Shown piece by piece: positions 39,162-49,624 of a DNA stretch of 64,000 nucleotides. How positions within the stretch are numbered: the first letter of the stretch is position 1; each line of letters begins with the position of its first letter. The translations under genes and the position numbers were made by a program. Location: the IMG/VR virus record IMGVR_UViG_3300022934_002729, positions 4,870-68,869 of that record, one strand, 5' to 3'. The notes below the pieces were generated by a model that made no database searches, had not been told where the DNA came from, and was given only the letters and a program-made list of their open reading frames with translations. Source of the stretch: a virus.

Positions 39162-40342
39162 CTAGAAAACTCTGTTAAAAAGTCTGTTAAATTTTGATTT
39201 CTAATTCTATCTAGGCTTTTAGTATACAGTAATGCTTTTTCCCAATCTTGTTTTTTATCAGGGCCACCAAACATATTTTTTAATTCGTTAACTTTCCATT
39301 CCGGAAATATGTTACCTACACGAGTATGTACTGAATCTCTAATTTCTTTAGGTAGCACTGCAGGACTTAGAATAGCAGGATCGTATACATAATTATGATG
39401 TACCCAAACACCATGTTGATTGTGAAAAAAATCATAAAACTCACCAATGGTACTATAATTCATCCAAGATACTGTTTGTGTAATATCTAGTTCAAAGTTT
39501 TCTTCTTTAAGTCTTAAAAAGTTACGCATAACGTCTGCCCATTTTGTCGGGTATCTAATATACTCATTGCGTTCTTCTAAGTCATCAATACTACAACTTA
39601 CTTTTACATGGTCAAAGTGTTTCCATAAATTGATCATTGCTTCGTTCATATTTGTCATGTTGATATTGTACCACAGTTTGATATCTGTTTTACCCATATC
39701 AATTAAACGCTGTAAGAACTTAAAGTGTTGTTTAATTAGAGTTGGCTCGCCGCCATTGATATAAAATGTTTTTACGTTATCACAGTGCTGTAATAAATCT
39801 TCCCAAAATTCTTCACGCTCGGGCCAGCGAAATCCAAACTTTGTATCATAGTTTGTAATTTTAAATGGTAAATCTTTTTGCAATGCATCATAGTCATTGC
39901 GCCACTTACTACTACTAACAGGGTTACATGTACGACAAGCAACATTACAAACATTACCCAAACGTAGTTCGACAAAATCTAGTTGCACATCTTGTATATA
40001 ACCTTCAGTATCTGTTGCTTTTTTTGCTACATCTAGTGTATAATCAGGATAATTTTTTATTTCCTCTAAACGTTTCGAAGTTATTCCTTTTGCTTCTTCT
40101 GCATAGCAACGTAAACATGCTTGTGGTTTTTTACCATCTAATACTTGTAGTCGTGCTTTTCTAAACGACTCCGAATTCATAGTATCATGTACAGTATCAT
40201 GATTTAAGTTGTAATATCTGTTATCGTTGTCTTTGGAACTACTTCGTGCTTCACGATGATCGGCAATACAACAGTGCGTAACTCCGCCGTGTGGGTGTGT
40301 TGCTAGATGTTGAAATAGTAATGGACAAAATGTTTCGCTCAT
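39143..40342 (-). CDS. Radical SAM protein with N-terminal twitch/SPASM-like domain
   Basis: CPLLF...HCC...CLRC, CNVACRTC, NGGEPT, YIRYP. Confidence 0.93.
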   Translation of the reverse strand: MSETFCPLLFQHLATHPHGGVTHCCIADHREARSSSKDNDNRYYNLNHDTVHDTMNSESFRKARLQVLDGKKPQACLRCYAEEAKGITSKRLEEIKNYPDYTLDVAKKATDTEGYIQDVQLDFVELRLGNVCNVACRTCNPVSSSKWRNDYDALQKDLPFKITNYDTKFGFRWPEREEFWEDLLQHCDNVKTFYINGGEPTLIKQHFKFLQRLIDMGKTDIKLWYNINMTNMNEAMINLWKHFDHVKVSCSIDDLEERNEYIRYPTKWADVMRNFLRLKEENFELDITQTVSWMNYSTIGEFYDFFHNQHGVWVHHNYVYDPAILSPAVLPKEIRDSVHTRVGNIFPEWKVNELKNMFGGPDKKQDWEKALLYTKSLDRIRNQNLTDFLTEFSSYTNSG

Positions 40343-41586
40343 AATAAATCTCTTATACGGTTAACTATACGACCAACCGGGCCAGGTTTTAAACAACGTA
40401 AACTAGGTATTATTTGCATTACATCTTCATTTCTAATTTTATCAATACTACTAATATATTCTAAAAATTTATCTTGTAGTTCTGTTTTATCTGTATCAAG
40501 GCTACGTATAAATCCTTGCATTTCTGGTAAGCACCTGCGCTGTGTATCTTCATTTTCTAAATCATAATCATCGATATATTTTTGCCAACGCTTCTGTATT
40601 TGTTTTCTTTTGTAACGTGGTAACACTTGTGCACGTAGGTATTCTGGGAATAACAGTGTATTTACATGAATACGATCCGGTTCAATTATACCTTTTTGAA
40701 CCCAATGATCAAAAAAATCTGGAGCATGTTCTGCATTTAATGCACTAATAGTCGGTGTAATACCAAATTCAACATTACGAAGTTCACGAGTAATTGTTCT
40801 TGCGTTTTGTTCTATTTCTTCCCAAACAGTTCCTGTACGTACATACTCACCAACTTCTCCCATTGCATCTATGCTAGCATCAACTCGTATACGATCAAAG
40901 TGTCTCCAAAGATCGATTACATTTTTGTTCTTGTATTTGAGTTTGCTTAGATTTGTATTGTAACTAATGTATATATCTGTTTTGCCAATGTTAATAAGAT
41001 GTTCAAGAATTTTATAATGTTCATCCATAATAAGTGGTTCACCACCGGCAAAATAAAGATGTTCTACTGTGTCAATCCAACTTTCCATATCATCCCAAAG
41101 TTCGTCTAAACTGCGTTTTACTTTGAGAATACGTTTTTCTTTACCATTGCGTCTGCCTAATTTTACACTATCGTCATGCCAGTTACTGCTAAGTTCTGGC
41201 CCGCAACTTCTACATCTAAAGTTACAGATATTACTAAAACGTATATCCATGTAACCCATAAAGATATCGTCTAAACTTCCATCTTCTTTTGTTAATGCTG
41301 TTCTTGAATTAAAATGTTCAAATTGATGATTCATATTCATACGCATACTACGAACACCATTACTTTCATGTTCGTAACATCTACTACAACCATCAGTTGG
41401 AACATCGTTAAGTACATTTAATCTTAACTCACGCATCTTATCACTGTTCCACAATTCTTTAAAAGATTTGTTGTTTGTGTTGCCTAATTGATAATCATGT
41501 TTTGCTAAACAACATGGAAAAGTTGTACCATCTGGCCATATATGCATATGTATCCATGGTAATATACAATAGTTTTTATTTTCCAT
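40339..41586 (-). CDS. Radical SAM protein with N-terminal twitch/SPASM-like domain
   Basis: CILPW...PCC...CSRC, CNFRCRSC, AGGEP, YNTN, YVRTG. Confidence 0.93.
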   Translation of the reverse strand: MENKNYCILPWIHMHIWPDGTTFPCCLAKHDYQLGNTNNKSFKELWNSDKMRELRLNVLNDVPTDGCSRCYEHESNGVRSMRMNMNHQFEHFNSRTALTKEDGSLDDIFMGYMDIRFSNICNFRCRSCGPELSSNWHDDSVKLGRRNGKEKRILKVKRSLDELWDDMESWIDTVEHLYFAGGEPLIMDEHYKILEHLINIGKTDIYISYNTNLSKLKYKNKNVIDLWRHFDRIRVDASIDAMGEVGEYVRTGTVWEEIEQNARTITRELRNVEFGITPTISALNAEHAPDFFDHWVQKGIIEPDRIHVNTLLFPEYLRAQVLPRYKRKQIQKRWQKYIDDYDLENEDTQRRCLPEMQGFIRSLDTDKTELQDKFLEYISSIDKIRNEDVMQIIPSLRCLKPGPVGRIVNRIRDLL

Positions 41587-42394
41587 AAATTTCTAAAAGC
41601 CTTTCGTGAAAGTTTTTTCTTACTTGTTCTGGATTATTGTTTAACACATACCATAACCAAAAACGACTCACTCTTTTTAATTCCTTTGGATTGTAATCAA
41701 ATATAAAATTAAACCACCTATCTGTTATACTACGACATACCTGCTCAGGCGGTTGATATATACCATGATCAAAATCAATTATTTCAATTTTTGGGTTTTC
41801 TACTGTAGGGTCAATAATAAAGTTACTGCATTGATTATCATTTGGATAAAACACAAAACCGTGGTCGTCTACTTTATAATTATCTCTTACAAAATCAAAA
41901 AATAATTCCCATAGTAATTCAGCATCTTGCAAATGTTTTACATCACTGTTATCATATACTCCAAAAAAATCACCTTCTATTATATCTCTAACTGTTATCC
42001 CGGGTATTATATCGTAACATTCAACTCTAAATCCATTGCTCCTGAGATCTAAACTACTTTGCATACTACGAGTATGACTAAATGTTTTATACATTTTGTG
42101 AAAATTATATCCACTAATTTTTGCATTCAGTCCGACAAATATTTTATACTTTCTTTCTCCAACAATAATACACTGATTGTATTTTGTATACTTCCAAGTA
42201 AGTGCAGTATGATCATTTTCATTTTTTTTCCAAATTGGATCCCCGTCTATAATTAACTGTGCAATATCAATCGCAAATTCTTTTAACGAAAGATCAACAT
42301 GAGTATTAATATTAACACCATGTATTGTTTGACTTAGAAACTGCAAATACTTGTGTATAGTATCACGAAGTAGTAAACGGAGGTTGTTTTCCAT
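41576..42394 (-). CDS. Protein-kinase-like/phosphotransferase-fold protein (putative)
   Basis: YKIF, PNDNQCSNFII (DxxxxN catalytic loop) followed by IIDFD (DFG-equivalent). Confidence 0.5.
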   Translation of the reverse strand: MENNLRLLLRDTIHKYLQFLSQTIHGVNINTHVDLSLKEFAIDIAQLIIDGDPIWKKNENDHTALTWKYTKYNQCIIVGERKYKIFVGLNAKISGYNFHKMYKTFSHTRSMQSSLDLRSNGFRVECYDIIPGITVRDIIEGDFFGVYDNSDVKHLQDAELLWELFFDFVRDNYKVDDHGFVFYPNDNQCSNFIIDPTVENPKIEIIDFDHGIYQPPEQVCRSITDRWFNFIFDYNPKELKRVSRFWLWYVLNNNPEQVRKNFHERLLEIYGK

Positions 42395-44621
42395 TTAAAA
42401 TTAAACCCTTTGTTTGACGCTTTAGATATTCGCTCCAAGCATAAAAACTTTGTTCTTTATATCTAAATTGATGCCAATCAAAAATATTACTATGCCAAAA
42501 CCATGTAGTTGTTTCATTACTATTTTGATTTATCAATCTTGATAACAATTTACAATTATTTACTGCATCTAGTTTGACATAAGTTTTAGGTATACTTGAA
42601 TATCTTTTCAAAAAGTTTAACCAATCATATTGTGTAATTTCTAATGTATCTAAATCTTCATTAATTGCATCTCTGATGCTAGTGTGTGAACCTCCCCAAA
42701 GTGGTTGAATTCTACTATCAACTGTTTCCTTATAAACTTCAAACGCTTGATCAAAAATACTATTATCAGTAATGCTTACTTTTGTAAGCCAGTTATCTTG
42801 CCACATTCTATAATCTACACTTTGTGGAACAACATCAACATATATAAACTGAAACTCTTTTCCAAAATAATTATCAATGTGTGCTTTGTACATACTTTTA
42901 AATCCTGCACAGACACTAACATATGTTTTAATATTTCTTTGATTACGAACAAGTTCGCCGTCTTTTTGACTGCTCAAATCTTCTGTATTTGTCAAGTACA
43001 CCTGATGTTGTAGTTGTTCTAAACTAAAATCGGGTTGTAAATGGTGTACATGATTCTCACTATCTGCGTTAAAATCTGCTTTAATTTTTCTCTTGGGACG
43101 TTCTATATCAGTATATAAACAATATACTGCTCTGTTACCCATTCTTATATCCATGTCAACATTTTTCATGCTCCATGCCCAACGATCAAGTAATGGAATA
43201 AAATCTGGACTTTGATAACTTTTACTTGGACGTGGTTCAGATATAATAATACATTTTGGATTGTATTTTTCTATTAGACTTTGTACATACTCATCGGTGC
43301 TTGGTAATCCATTTTTACCAAAATAATAAAGTATGCCACTTAAAATAATACAGTCAAACTCTCGATTATATTCAGGTAAACTTAACGCATTCGCTACTTG
43401 ATAATCATGATTAGGATAGTTAGTTTGACAATATTTAATACACTCAGCATCTGTGTCTACACCAGCAATATTATAATTATAGTCTGTTAAAAACTCGTTG
43501 ACCCGACTATAACCACAACCAATATCGAGAATGTTATCACAGTGATTTTCTTTAACAAAATTTGCAATTTGCTGAAAAAGAGGATTTGCACCTGTACCGT
43601 TTAGATAGTTCCATGTATAATCATCGGATTCATCTTCTTCGATATATGCTCCAGTGACATACGGATATTGTTTCCGCAATAGTACAAATGACTTATAACT
43701 CAAAGGATCAACTAATTCTCCAAGTCGGGCTCTTCCTGGAAAATATTTATTTTCACGATAATTAATGTATTCTTCTAATTTGTTTTCTTTGCACCAGTCA
43801 TACATTGAAAGAATACTCAGATCATAGTTAAATGAAACTTGCGCTGGATCTTCATTGCGTCGGTTAAATTTAAAATTTACCATTGGACGCACATGTGTTT
43901 GTTGCTTTACTTCATTGTTTTTAATTAAGTCAATATCTGCTGTGCTAAAACAAGTTGCTAAATCTTTACCTACAGTTCCAAAGTCTAAATACAAAACTCC
44001 AGATTGATCTTCATTACAAAATCTATAATAGTCGCTGTTAGTAAGTGGCAAATCTAATTCTTCGTCTTTGCAATTACGTATTACTGTTAACAAACTAGGA
44101 TCGTTATCTATATTCTTTTCTAATATATGAACTAACTGATTTATACTTTCGAGCCATTGGTATAGTTGTTGATATTCATCTGGACTATTGTTTAATGCAT
44201 AACTTACATCTTCAAAATATCTATGCAGTGCATTTAGTTTATCTAATTGTCTGTCAGATATAGTTTCGTCAATATACCAATCTGTATTAATTGGATAATT
44301 TTTTCTAGCCCACGCATGATGATCGATACTTTCAATGATTTGGTTTAATTCTTTTCTACACTCTGCATATATTTCCGGTGTAATACTTCCATACTCATTT
44401 ACAAATAAACGATGTGTTGATACATTTAGATTTCTTACATTCCATGCTTGAATAAATTTATTGGTTAATTCAGTTTCATCTAATTTAAATTTTATAATAA
44501 ATCCGTCGTGCTCAACAGGCATATCAAATTTATTAAACGGTTGATAAAGCAATGATGTACTGTTATCAACCGAATGAGATTCAGACGATTTATTACCAAA
44601 CTGAACTACAAAGTATTTCAT
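42363..44621 (-). CDS. Multidomain protein with a central class I SAM methyltransferase domain
   Basis: ILDIGCGYS, GVDTD, FDCIILSGILYY in the middle; N- and C-terminal domains not recognised. Confidence 0.7.
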   Translation of the reverse strand: MKYFVVQFGNKSSESHSVDNSTSLLYQPFNKFDMPVEHDGFIIKFKLDETELTNKFIQAWNVRNLNVSTHRLFVNEYGSITPEIYAECRKELNQIIESIDHHAWARKNYPINTDWYIDETISDRQLDKLNALHRYFEDVSYALNNSPDEYQQLYQWLESINQLVHILEKNIDNDPSLLTVIRNCKDEELDLPLTNSDYYRFCNEDQSGVLYLDFGTVGKDLATCFSTADIDLIKNNEVKQQTHVRPMVNFKFNRRNEDPAQVSFNYDLSILSMYDWCKENKLEEYINYRENKYFPGRARLGELVDPLSYKSFVLLRKQYPYVTGAYIEEDESDDYTWNYLNGTGANPLFQQIANFVKENHCDNILDIGCGYSRVNEFLTDYNYNIAGVDTDAECIKYCQTNYPNHDYQVANALSLPEYNREFDCIILSGILYYFGKNGLPSTDEYVQSLIEKYNPKCIIISEPRPSKSYQSPDFIPLLDRWAWSMKNVDMDIRMGNRAVYCLYTDIERPKRKIKADFNADSENHVHHLQPDFSLEQLQHQVYLTNTEDLSSQKDGELVRNQRNIKTYVSVCAGFKSMYKAHIDNYFGKEFQFIYVDVVPQSVDYRMWQDNWLTKVSITDNSIFDQAFEVYKETVDSRIQPLWGGSHTSIRDAINEDLDTLEITQYDWLNFLKRYSSIPKTYVKLDAVNNCKLLSRLINQNSNETTTWFWHSNIFDWHQFRYKEQSFYAWSEYLKRQTKGLILNGKQPPFTTS

Positions 44622-46093
44622 GCTCCGAGTGTATCCTTTTCAGTATTCCAACCTCCTACTTGTAGATCATCATTTACATAGTCTTCAGTCGTTGCTGGAT
44701 CGCCTTGTGCATCAATACTAGGAATAATTTTATCTGAGTTATACCCTATACTGTCATACCATTCAACAAAACTAGGAAACGTAGCACGGAAATCTTTTCC
44801 ACGGCGTTTGTCGTACTGTTCGTAAAAGTAACGGAAGTCATTGTACAGTTTAGGAGTTTCAGCAGTATTGCGATGTGGAGTTTTTACAACGTCTAAATAA
44901 TCAATAAGTCGTTGTACTTGTGCAATTTCTCTAACATTTAACATATCCATTTGTGATGGCAACCACGTTTCAATTTTTTCTTTAAACTTGTTTTTAAGTT
45001 CAACAGGAAGAATTGCTGCACTTTGGAAACTTGGAAAACGTAAAATGTTTAACGAAAGAACAGGAGCACGTTCGCCGTATTCTTTTCTTAATTCCATCAT
45101 GTCGTCCATAAACTCAGTAATTGTTTCTAAACATAAACTATTAATAGTCATCATACAATGTAGTTTTTTAATGTTTGACTGCTTTAGCAAACGCTCAATG
45201 TTGCTGCGCCATACATCATACTTAAACCCATCACGAGTATATTCATTTTGTGGGCCTGCACACTCTGCACTAGTATAGATTTCAAAGTTACGAATATTAA
45301 AAGTACTATCGATCATACGCTGAAAGTGTCGTTCATTTTCAGGAACAAGATTACTATTAATAGCAAAACGCATATTGCTATGCGGATTTTGATCAAACCA
45401 ATCAAACAGTTTCCAAATACTTTTATGCATAAGAGGTTCACCGCCAGTAACACGAATTTCTTCTAAACTATCACTAAGTCCATTTTCCCACCATTTCCAA
45501 AAGGCTTGAATGTACGGATTATCTTCTTCGAGTTTTGTACTACGTGCAGCCCATGGTGCAGTATCAGTAAAATGCCCACGTCCGTCACTTTGTATATTCA
45601 TGTACGGACCATCTTCTTTGATATCTTTAACCCATGTACTACTAAATGCAGGATTACAATAAGAGCAAGCAAAATTACAAGCACGGTCAAATGCAATTTC
45701 TAGTGTTTTAAGATTTACATCAGCGTCCCATGGCATTTCGGCACTTGCTCTAACATCATCATCTTTAAAAATTTCTGTTTTATAAACACGATCACTGACA
45801 TTATCTCTACCAATGTCTTCAACTTTCCAGCAGTATTCGCATTCTTGCGGACGCTCACCCTTGAGCATCATTTCACGCATTTTCTTTTTATGTTTTGTAT
45901 TATGAATAGCAGTGTAGTTTTCTTTTAGTTCCTCCATTGGAATCCAATGTCCGGGAGGGTGGTGACAACTAGCAGTTTGTCCATGTCCTAACCAGATAGT
46001 AGCATTATACCATTTTGCAGCACAATAACTATCACTGATTGGATCAATCATTCTCTTTTTGTATTCTTGAAAATCTTCGTCTTGTCTTCTCAT
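44618..46093 (-). CDS. Radical SAM protein with N-terminal Cys/His (twitch-like) domain
   Basis: CAAKW...SCHHPP...CEYCW, CNFACSYC, TGGEP, NSN, YTRDG. Confidence 0.93.
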   Translation of the reverse strand: MRRQDEDFQEYKKRMIDPISDSYCAAKWYNATIWLGHGQTASCHHPPGHWIPMEELKENYTAIHNTKHKKKMREMMLKGERPQECEYCWKVEDIGRDNVSDRVYKTEIFKDDDVRASAEMPWDADVNLKTLEIAFDRACNFACSYCNPAFSSTWVKDIKEDGPYMNIQSDGRGHFTDTAPWAARSTKLEEDNPYIQAFWKWWENGLSDSLEEIRVTGGEPLMHKSIWKLFDWFDQNPHSNMRFAINSNLVPENERHFQRMIDSTFNIRNFEIYTSAECAGPQNEYTRDGFKYDVWRSNIERLLKQSNIKKLHCMMTINSLCLETITEFMDDMMELRKEYGERAPVLSLNILRFPSFQSAAILPVELKNKFKEKIETWLPSQMDMLNVREIAQVQRLIDYLDVVKTPHRNTAETPKLYNDFRYFYEQYDKRRGKDFRATFPSFVEWYDSIGYNSDKIIPSIDAQGDPATTEDYVNDDLQVGGWNTEKDTLGA

Positions 46094-47646
46094 ATATTTT
46101 CTCTTTCGCTATTATGTGCTGCATCGCAGTCTTTCCACCAAACACTTAATTCAGGAAAAGTTTCAATAAAGTTGGTGTTACGTCTTTTGTCAAGTGTATT
46201 AAAATATTTCCAAAAATGCACTTGTCTTTTACTTAGTTCATCTTTGTCTATACCATTTTTGATCCACGAAATATCACGTTTAAGTTTTGCTACTTCGTGA
46301 TTTAAAAACCCGTGATAAGTATCTTCGTAATCTTCTTTAGCAATATTATCTTCCATAAACTTAACACAATCATCTAACATATTCATAAGTTCAGGAATAT
46401 AATGAGCATTTTGTGCACTCATCCATAATGGTTCTCTCAAATATGGAATATCAAACCAAACTCGTTGTCGTTTTTTTCGTGTAAACGGTCCTCGCTTTTT
46501 ACCAGTTTCGTCAATTGGTGATACTACAACTTCAGGTTGATTTTTAAATCCAAACTCTATACGTAAGTCTAATATCATTTGTAAAAAGTCTTTAAGTTTT
46601 GGAATACTCAACAAATTGAATGTGTTAATAAATGTAACACTCGTTCCTGTCGTTTCTCTTAGTATGTGACGAGTATTGTTTAACATAGTATCATAATTTA
46701 AACCAGTTCGAATATACTCTGCTTGCGGACCTACGCTATCTACACTTACAAATAAGTTAAAGTGTTTACATGCAGGAGCAACAAACCAATTGTTCTCAGT
46801 GTAAGGATTGATTTTCTCAGGATCTTCCCATATTCTAACTTCTTCTATTGCTTTTAAAGAATTCATAAACTTATCAAATAACTTTTGTTCCGGAGGGCAC
46901 ATGTTACTAGTAATACTAAGTTCAATATCTTGATTAGGATGAATGTTAACATAATCTAATACCTTAAAGGTATTTTTATCCATCAATGGTTCACCACCAG
47001 TCATTCTAAATATTTTTAAATCTTTATAAAGATCGGGCCACCAATCCCAAAATGCTTGTACATATGGATTTTCTTTGTTAGCACCTTCGATTGGCATTAA
47101 TCCTGCTTTTCTAAGACTAGCAATGTCGTTGTGTTTTGTTTCTTTATTAAACACAACTGGACCAAACTCTTTGATTTCTTTTTCCCATTCGGTACTTAGG
47201 TGAGGACTACAATATGTACATTTAAAATTACACGCTTGATTAAAATTTACTTCTACATAACGAGGGTTAATATTTTCATCCCAGCCTCCGTCAACTACTT
47301 CTTTCCATCCGTCGGCACCGATCCAATCTTCACTTGAACGATAATGTCTATCACTCATGTTTCCATTGTCTTCGATATTCCAACAATAACTACATCCTTC
47401 GGGTCTTTTTCCCTCCCACATTTCTTTACGTTGTCGTACTTTCTCATGTGTGTTGTGTAGTGCACGTGGAGTAACTGCTAACTCACTTAGTGGAACTTTA
47501 TGAGTCGGGGGATGGTAACAACTTTGTGTTAATCCTTGTGGTAAGTGCATACTAACCTGCAACCATTTAGCCATACACATAGTAGGACTAATTTTGTCAA
47601 GTTTAGTTTTAGTTTTTTCAGCATTTTTAAAATAATCGTCTGACAT
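46090..47646 (-). CDS. Radical SAM protein with N-terminal Cys/His (twitch-like) domain
   Basis: CMAKW...SCYHPP...CSYCW, CNFKCTYC, TGGEP, TSN, YIRTG. Confidence 0.93.
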   Translation of the reverse strand: MSDDYFKNAEKTKTKLDKISPTMCMAKWLQVSMHLPQGLTQSCYHPPTHKVPLSELAVTPRALHNTHEKVRQRKEMWEGKRPEGCSYCWNIEDNGNMSDRHYRSSEDWIGADGWKEVVDGGWDENINPRYVEVNFNQACNFKCTYCSPHLSTEWEKEIKEFGPVVFNKETKHNDIASLRKAGLMPIEGANKENPYVQAFWDWWPDLYKDLKIFRMTGGEPLMDKNTFKVLDYVNIHPNQDIELSITSNMCPPEQKLFDKFMNSLKAIEEVRIWEDPEKINPYTENNWFVAPACKHFNLFVSVDSVGPQAEYIRTGLNYDTMLNNTRHILRETTGTSVTFINTFNLLSIPKLKDFLQMILDLRIEFGFKNQPEVVVSPIDETGKKRGPFTRKKRQRVWFDIPYLREPLWMSAQNAHYIPELMNMLDDCVKFMEDNIAKEDYEDTYHGFLNHEVAKLKRDISWIKNGIDKDELSKRQVHFWKYFNTLDKRRNTNFIETFPELSVWWKDCDAAHNSERENI

Positions 47647-48645
47647 TTATTCCTCTACTGAGTCTTTTACTTGATCTTCTCTAACCTGAGGACCTAGCCG
47701 ACTTGGATTTCTATATACAGTTTTCCAAAAACGTGAACCTTCTGTTCCGATATCTGCAATTTCTAAGTCTAGTTTTCCCTTTAGTTCGTTACCTAGTTCT
47801 ACTGTACGTGATTTTAACTTATCGATATTCCAATTAACACCAGTGCGTGGACATAACTCAGTACCGTCTTCAAACTGCGGAAGTAATTCTGTATTAAAGT
47901 AATTACTCAACCAATCAAAATCACGTACATTACGCCAATCCCAATCTTCTCTAGTAATGTTTGTCATGTATGCTCCGAGTCTAGCACCATAAATTGCCCA
48001 TAAGCCATTTGTAGTATCTTCACCGACTGTCATCCACACCATAAGACGTCTATAATTTTCTTGAAAGATATGTTTGAGTCTCCCAGGATCAACTACATCA
48101 CCGTCTTCTAATCCCATTTTTACACCTTCACGAAAACCAGCACGCCACGCTTGTAGTGGACTACCATTGTTGTGTACCCACGAATACCAATTGTTCATTT
48201 GTACATAGTGAATGTTCCAGCAGAAGTCAACTTGTGCACGTTTATCACTTTCGGGTGCTGCTTCATGTGTGCGCATACGATTTACAACGTCAACCGGCCA
48301 CATTTTAATACCACCGTTGCCGTATACTAATCCGTTTACTACATTTTTTGCTGCAAAACTAATAACATGATTAGGTGCAATTCTATCCATATCTAGTTCA
48401 ACATTGAAAAAATCGTCGTTAACAATATTATCAGCATCAACTGTGATAAAACGTTCAGTTTCACTTAGTGCAGCGGCGGCCTTGTGTGCTGCATCACTGC
48501 CCCATACTCCGTGACTACGTTTAGCCCAGGGACATTTTTCTAATAGATCTGCATAGTTTTCATCTGCATTTGGTTCGTCATAACTGATGTATACTATATC
48601 AAAATCGTTAATACTTACCAGATTCGGCATATTCCAATCCTTCAA
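47647..48645 (-). CDS. Glycosyltransferase (GT-A)-like protein
   Basis: ISYDE, AHKAAA, TVDADN (DxD), LVYGNGGIK, GFREGVKM; paralog of 27068..27784. Confidence 0.65.
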   Translation of the reverse strand: MKDWNMPNLVSINDFDIVYISYDEPNADENYADLLEKCPWAKRSHGVWGSDAAHKAAAALSETERFITVDADNIVNDDFFNVELDMDRIAPNHVISFAAKNVVNGLVYGNGGIKMWPVDVVNRMRTHEAAPESDKRAQVDFCWNIHYVQMNNWYSWVHNNGSPLQAWRAGFREGVKMGLEDGDVVDPGRLKHIFQENYRRLMVWMTVGEDTTNGLWAIYGARLGAYMTNITREDWDWRNVRDFDWLSNYFNTELLPQFEDGTELCPRTGVNWNIDKLKSRTVELGNELKGKLDLEIADIGTEGSRFWKTVYRNPSRLGPQVREDQVKDSVEE

Positions 48646-49624
48646 ATTTAAAGGTAATATTTTTACCTTCGGGTCCTAATAATATTTTACAAGTTGTAGG
48701 ATCAACTTTTGTTTTTACAATATATTCTTGATTTCTTCCAATGCTATCATATGGTATGCTAATTCTGTCTAACAATATATTTGGGTTGTTACCAGTTAAG
48801 AACATATTAATATCTTTGTATATTTTATAATCATGCGGATCATTGAAATTACTACGTATAATCCATCCTTGTGTACTCGGACTTACACTAAACGTTGCAA
48901 ATTCTTCTGCTGTACTGTCTTTAACATAAGTATGGAATCGTTTGTTATTTTGTGCTAGTCCATAATCTACTGTAACATAGTTTTGTTTAATTTTCAAGCC
49001 ATAACTTTTAAAAATACGTCTTGTTAATATATCAATGTCACCGAGTGCTATTGTATTCCGTAAATTAGAAAAATCATACAATATGTATCCTTTTTGTATT
49101 AGTTCAATCGGATCTATTTCAATGGTTTCAAGCAAACGAAGAGGATTGTTTTTTTCAATAATATACAGTGTTATTTTTTCATAGGTCTTGTCTTTTTGTA
49201 TTTTAACTTCACTTGAATTAATCTTTCCAGTTAACTGATATACTAAATCTGTGCTAACATTTATTTCTACTTTATAGTCACTTAAATATAAAATAATGTT
49301 AACATCTTTGTTTACAGTTGGCTTAACAAAAGGAATTTTACTAAGATAATTTTCTGCTTGTTTTATTCGTATATAGTTTTTCTTTTCAACTAGTTTGTAT
49401 CCATCAACTAAGTCTGCTACAATATATTTTTTAGTATTTTTAATACCTTTCATGAGATCAGCAACAACAGGATCACTTGTTTTTAAATAAGGATCCTTAA
49501 TGTCATCTCTTGATTTTCCAGAGATAACGGTTATGTTTCCAGTCCACTCATTGAAGTATACATAATAATTATGCGGCTTCTTCTTTTTGGATTTTTGTAT
49601 TATTAAACTTGTTTCTAAGCTCAT
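48608..49624 (-). CDS. Hypothetical protein
   Basis: 338 aa ORF overlapping co-oriented neighbours; no motif recognised. Confidence 0.65.
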   Translation of the reverse strand: MSLETSLIIQKSKKKKPHNYYVYFNEWTGNITVISGKSRDDIKDPYLKTSDPVVADLMKGIKNTKKYIVADLVDGYKLVEKKNYIRIKQAENYLSKIPFVKPTVNKDVNIILYLSDYKVEINVSTDLVYQLTGKINSSEVKIQKDKTYEKITLYIIEKNNPLRLLETIEIDPIELIQKGYILYDFSNLRNTIALGDIDILTRRIFKSYGLKIKQNYVTVDYGLAQNNKRFHTYVKDSTAEEFATFSVSPSTQGWIIRSNFNDPHDYKIYKDINMFLTGNNPNILLDRISIPYDSIGRNQEYIVKTKVDPTTCKILLGPEGKNITFKFEGLEYAESGKY

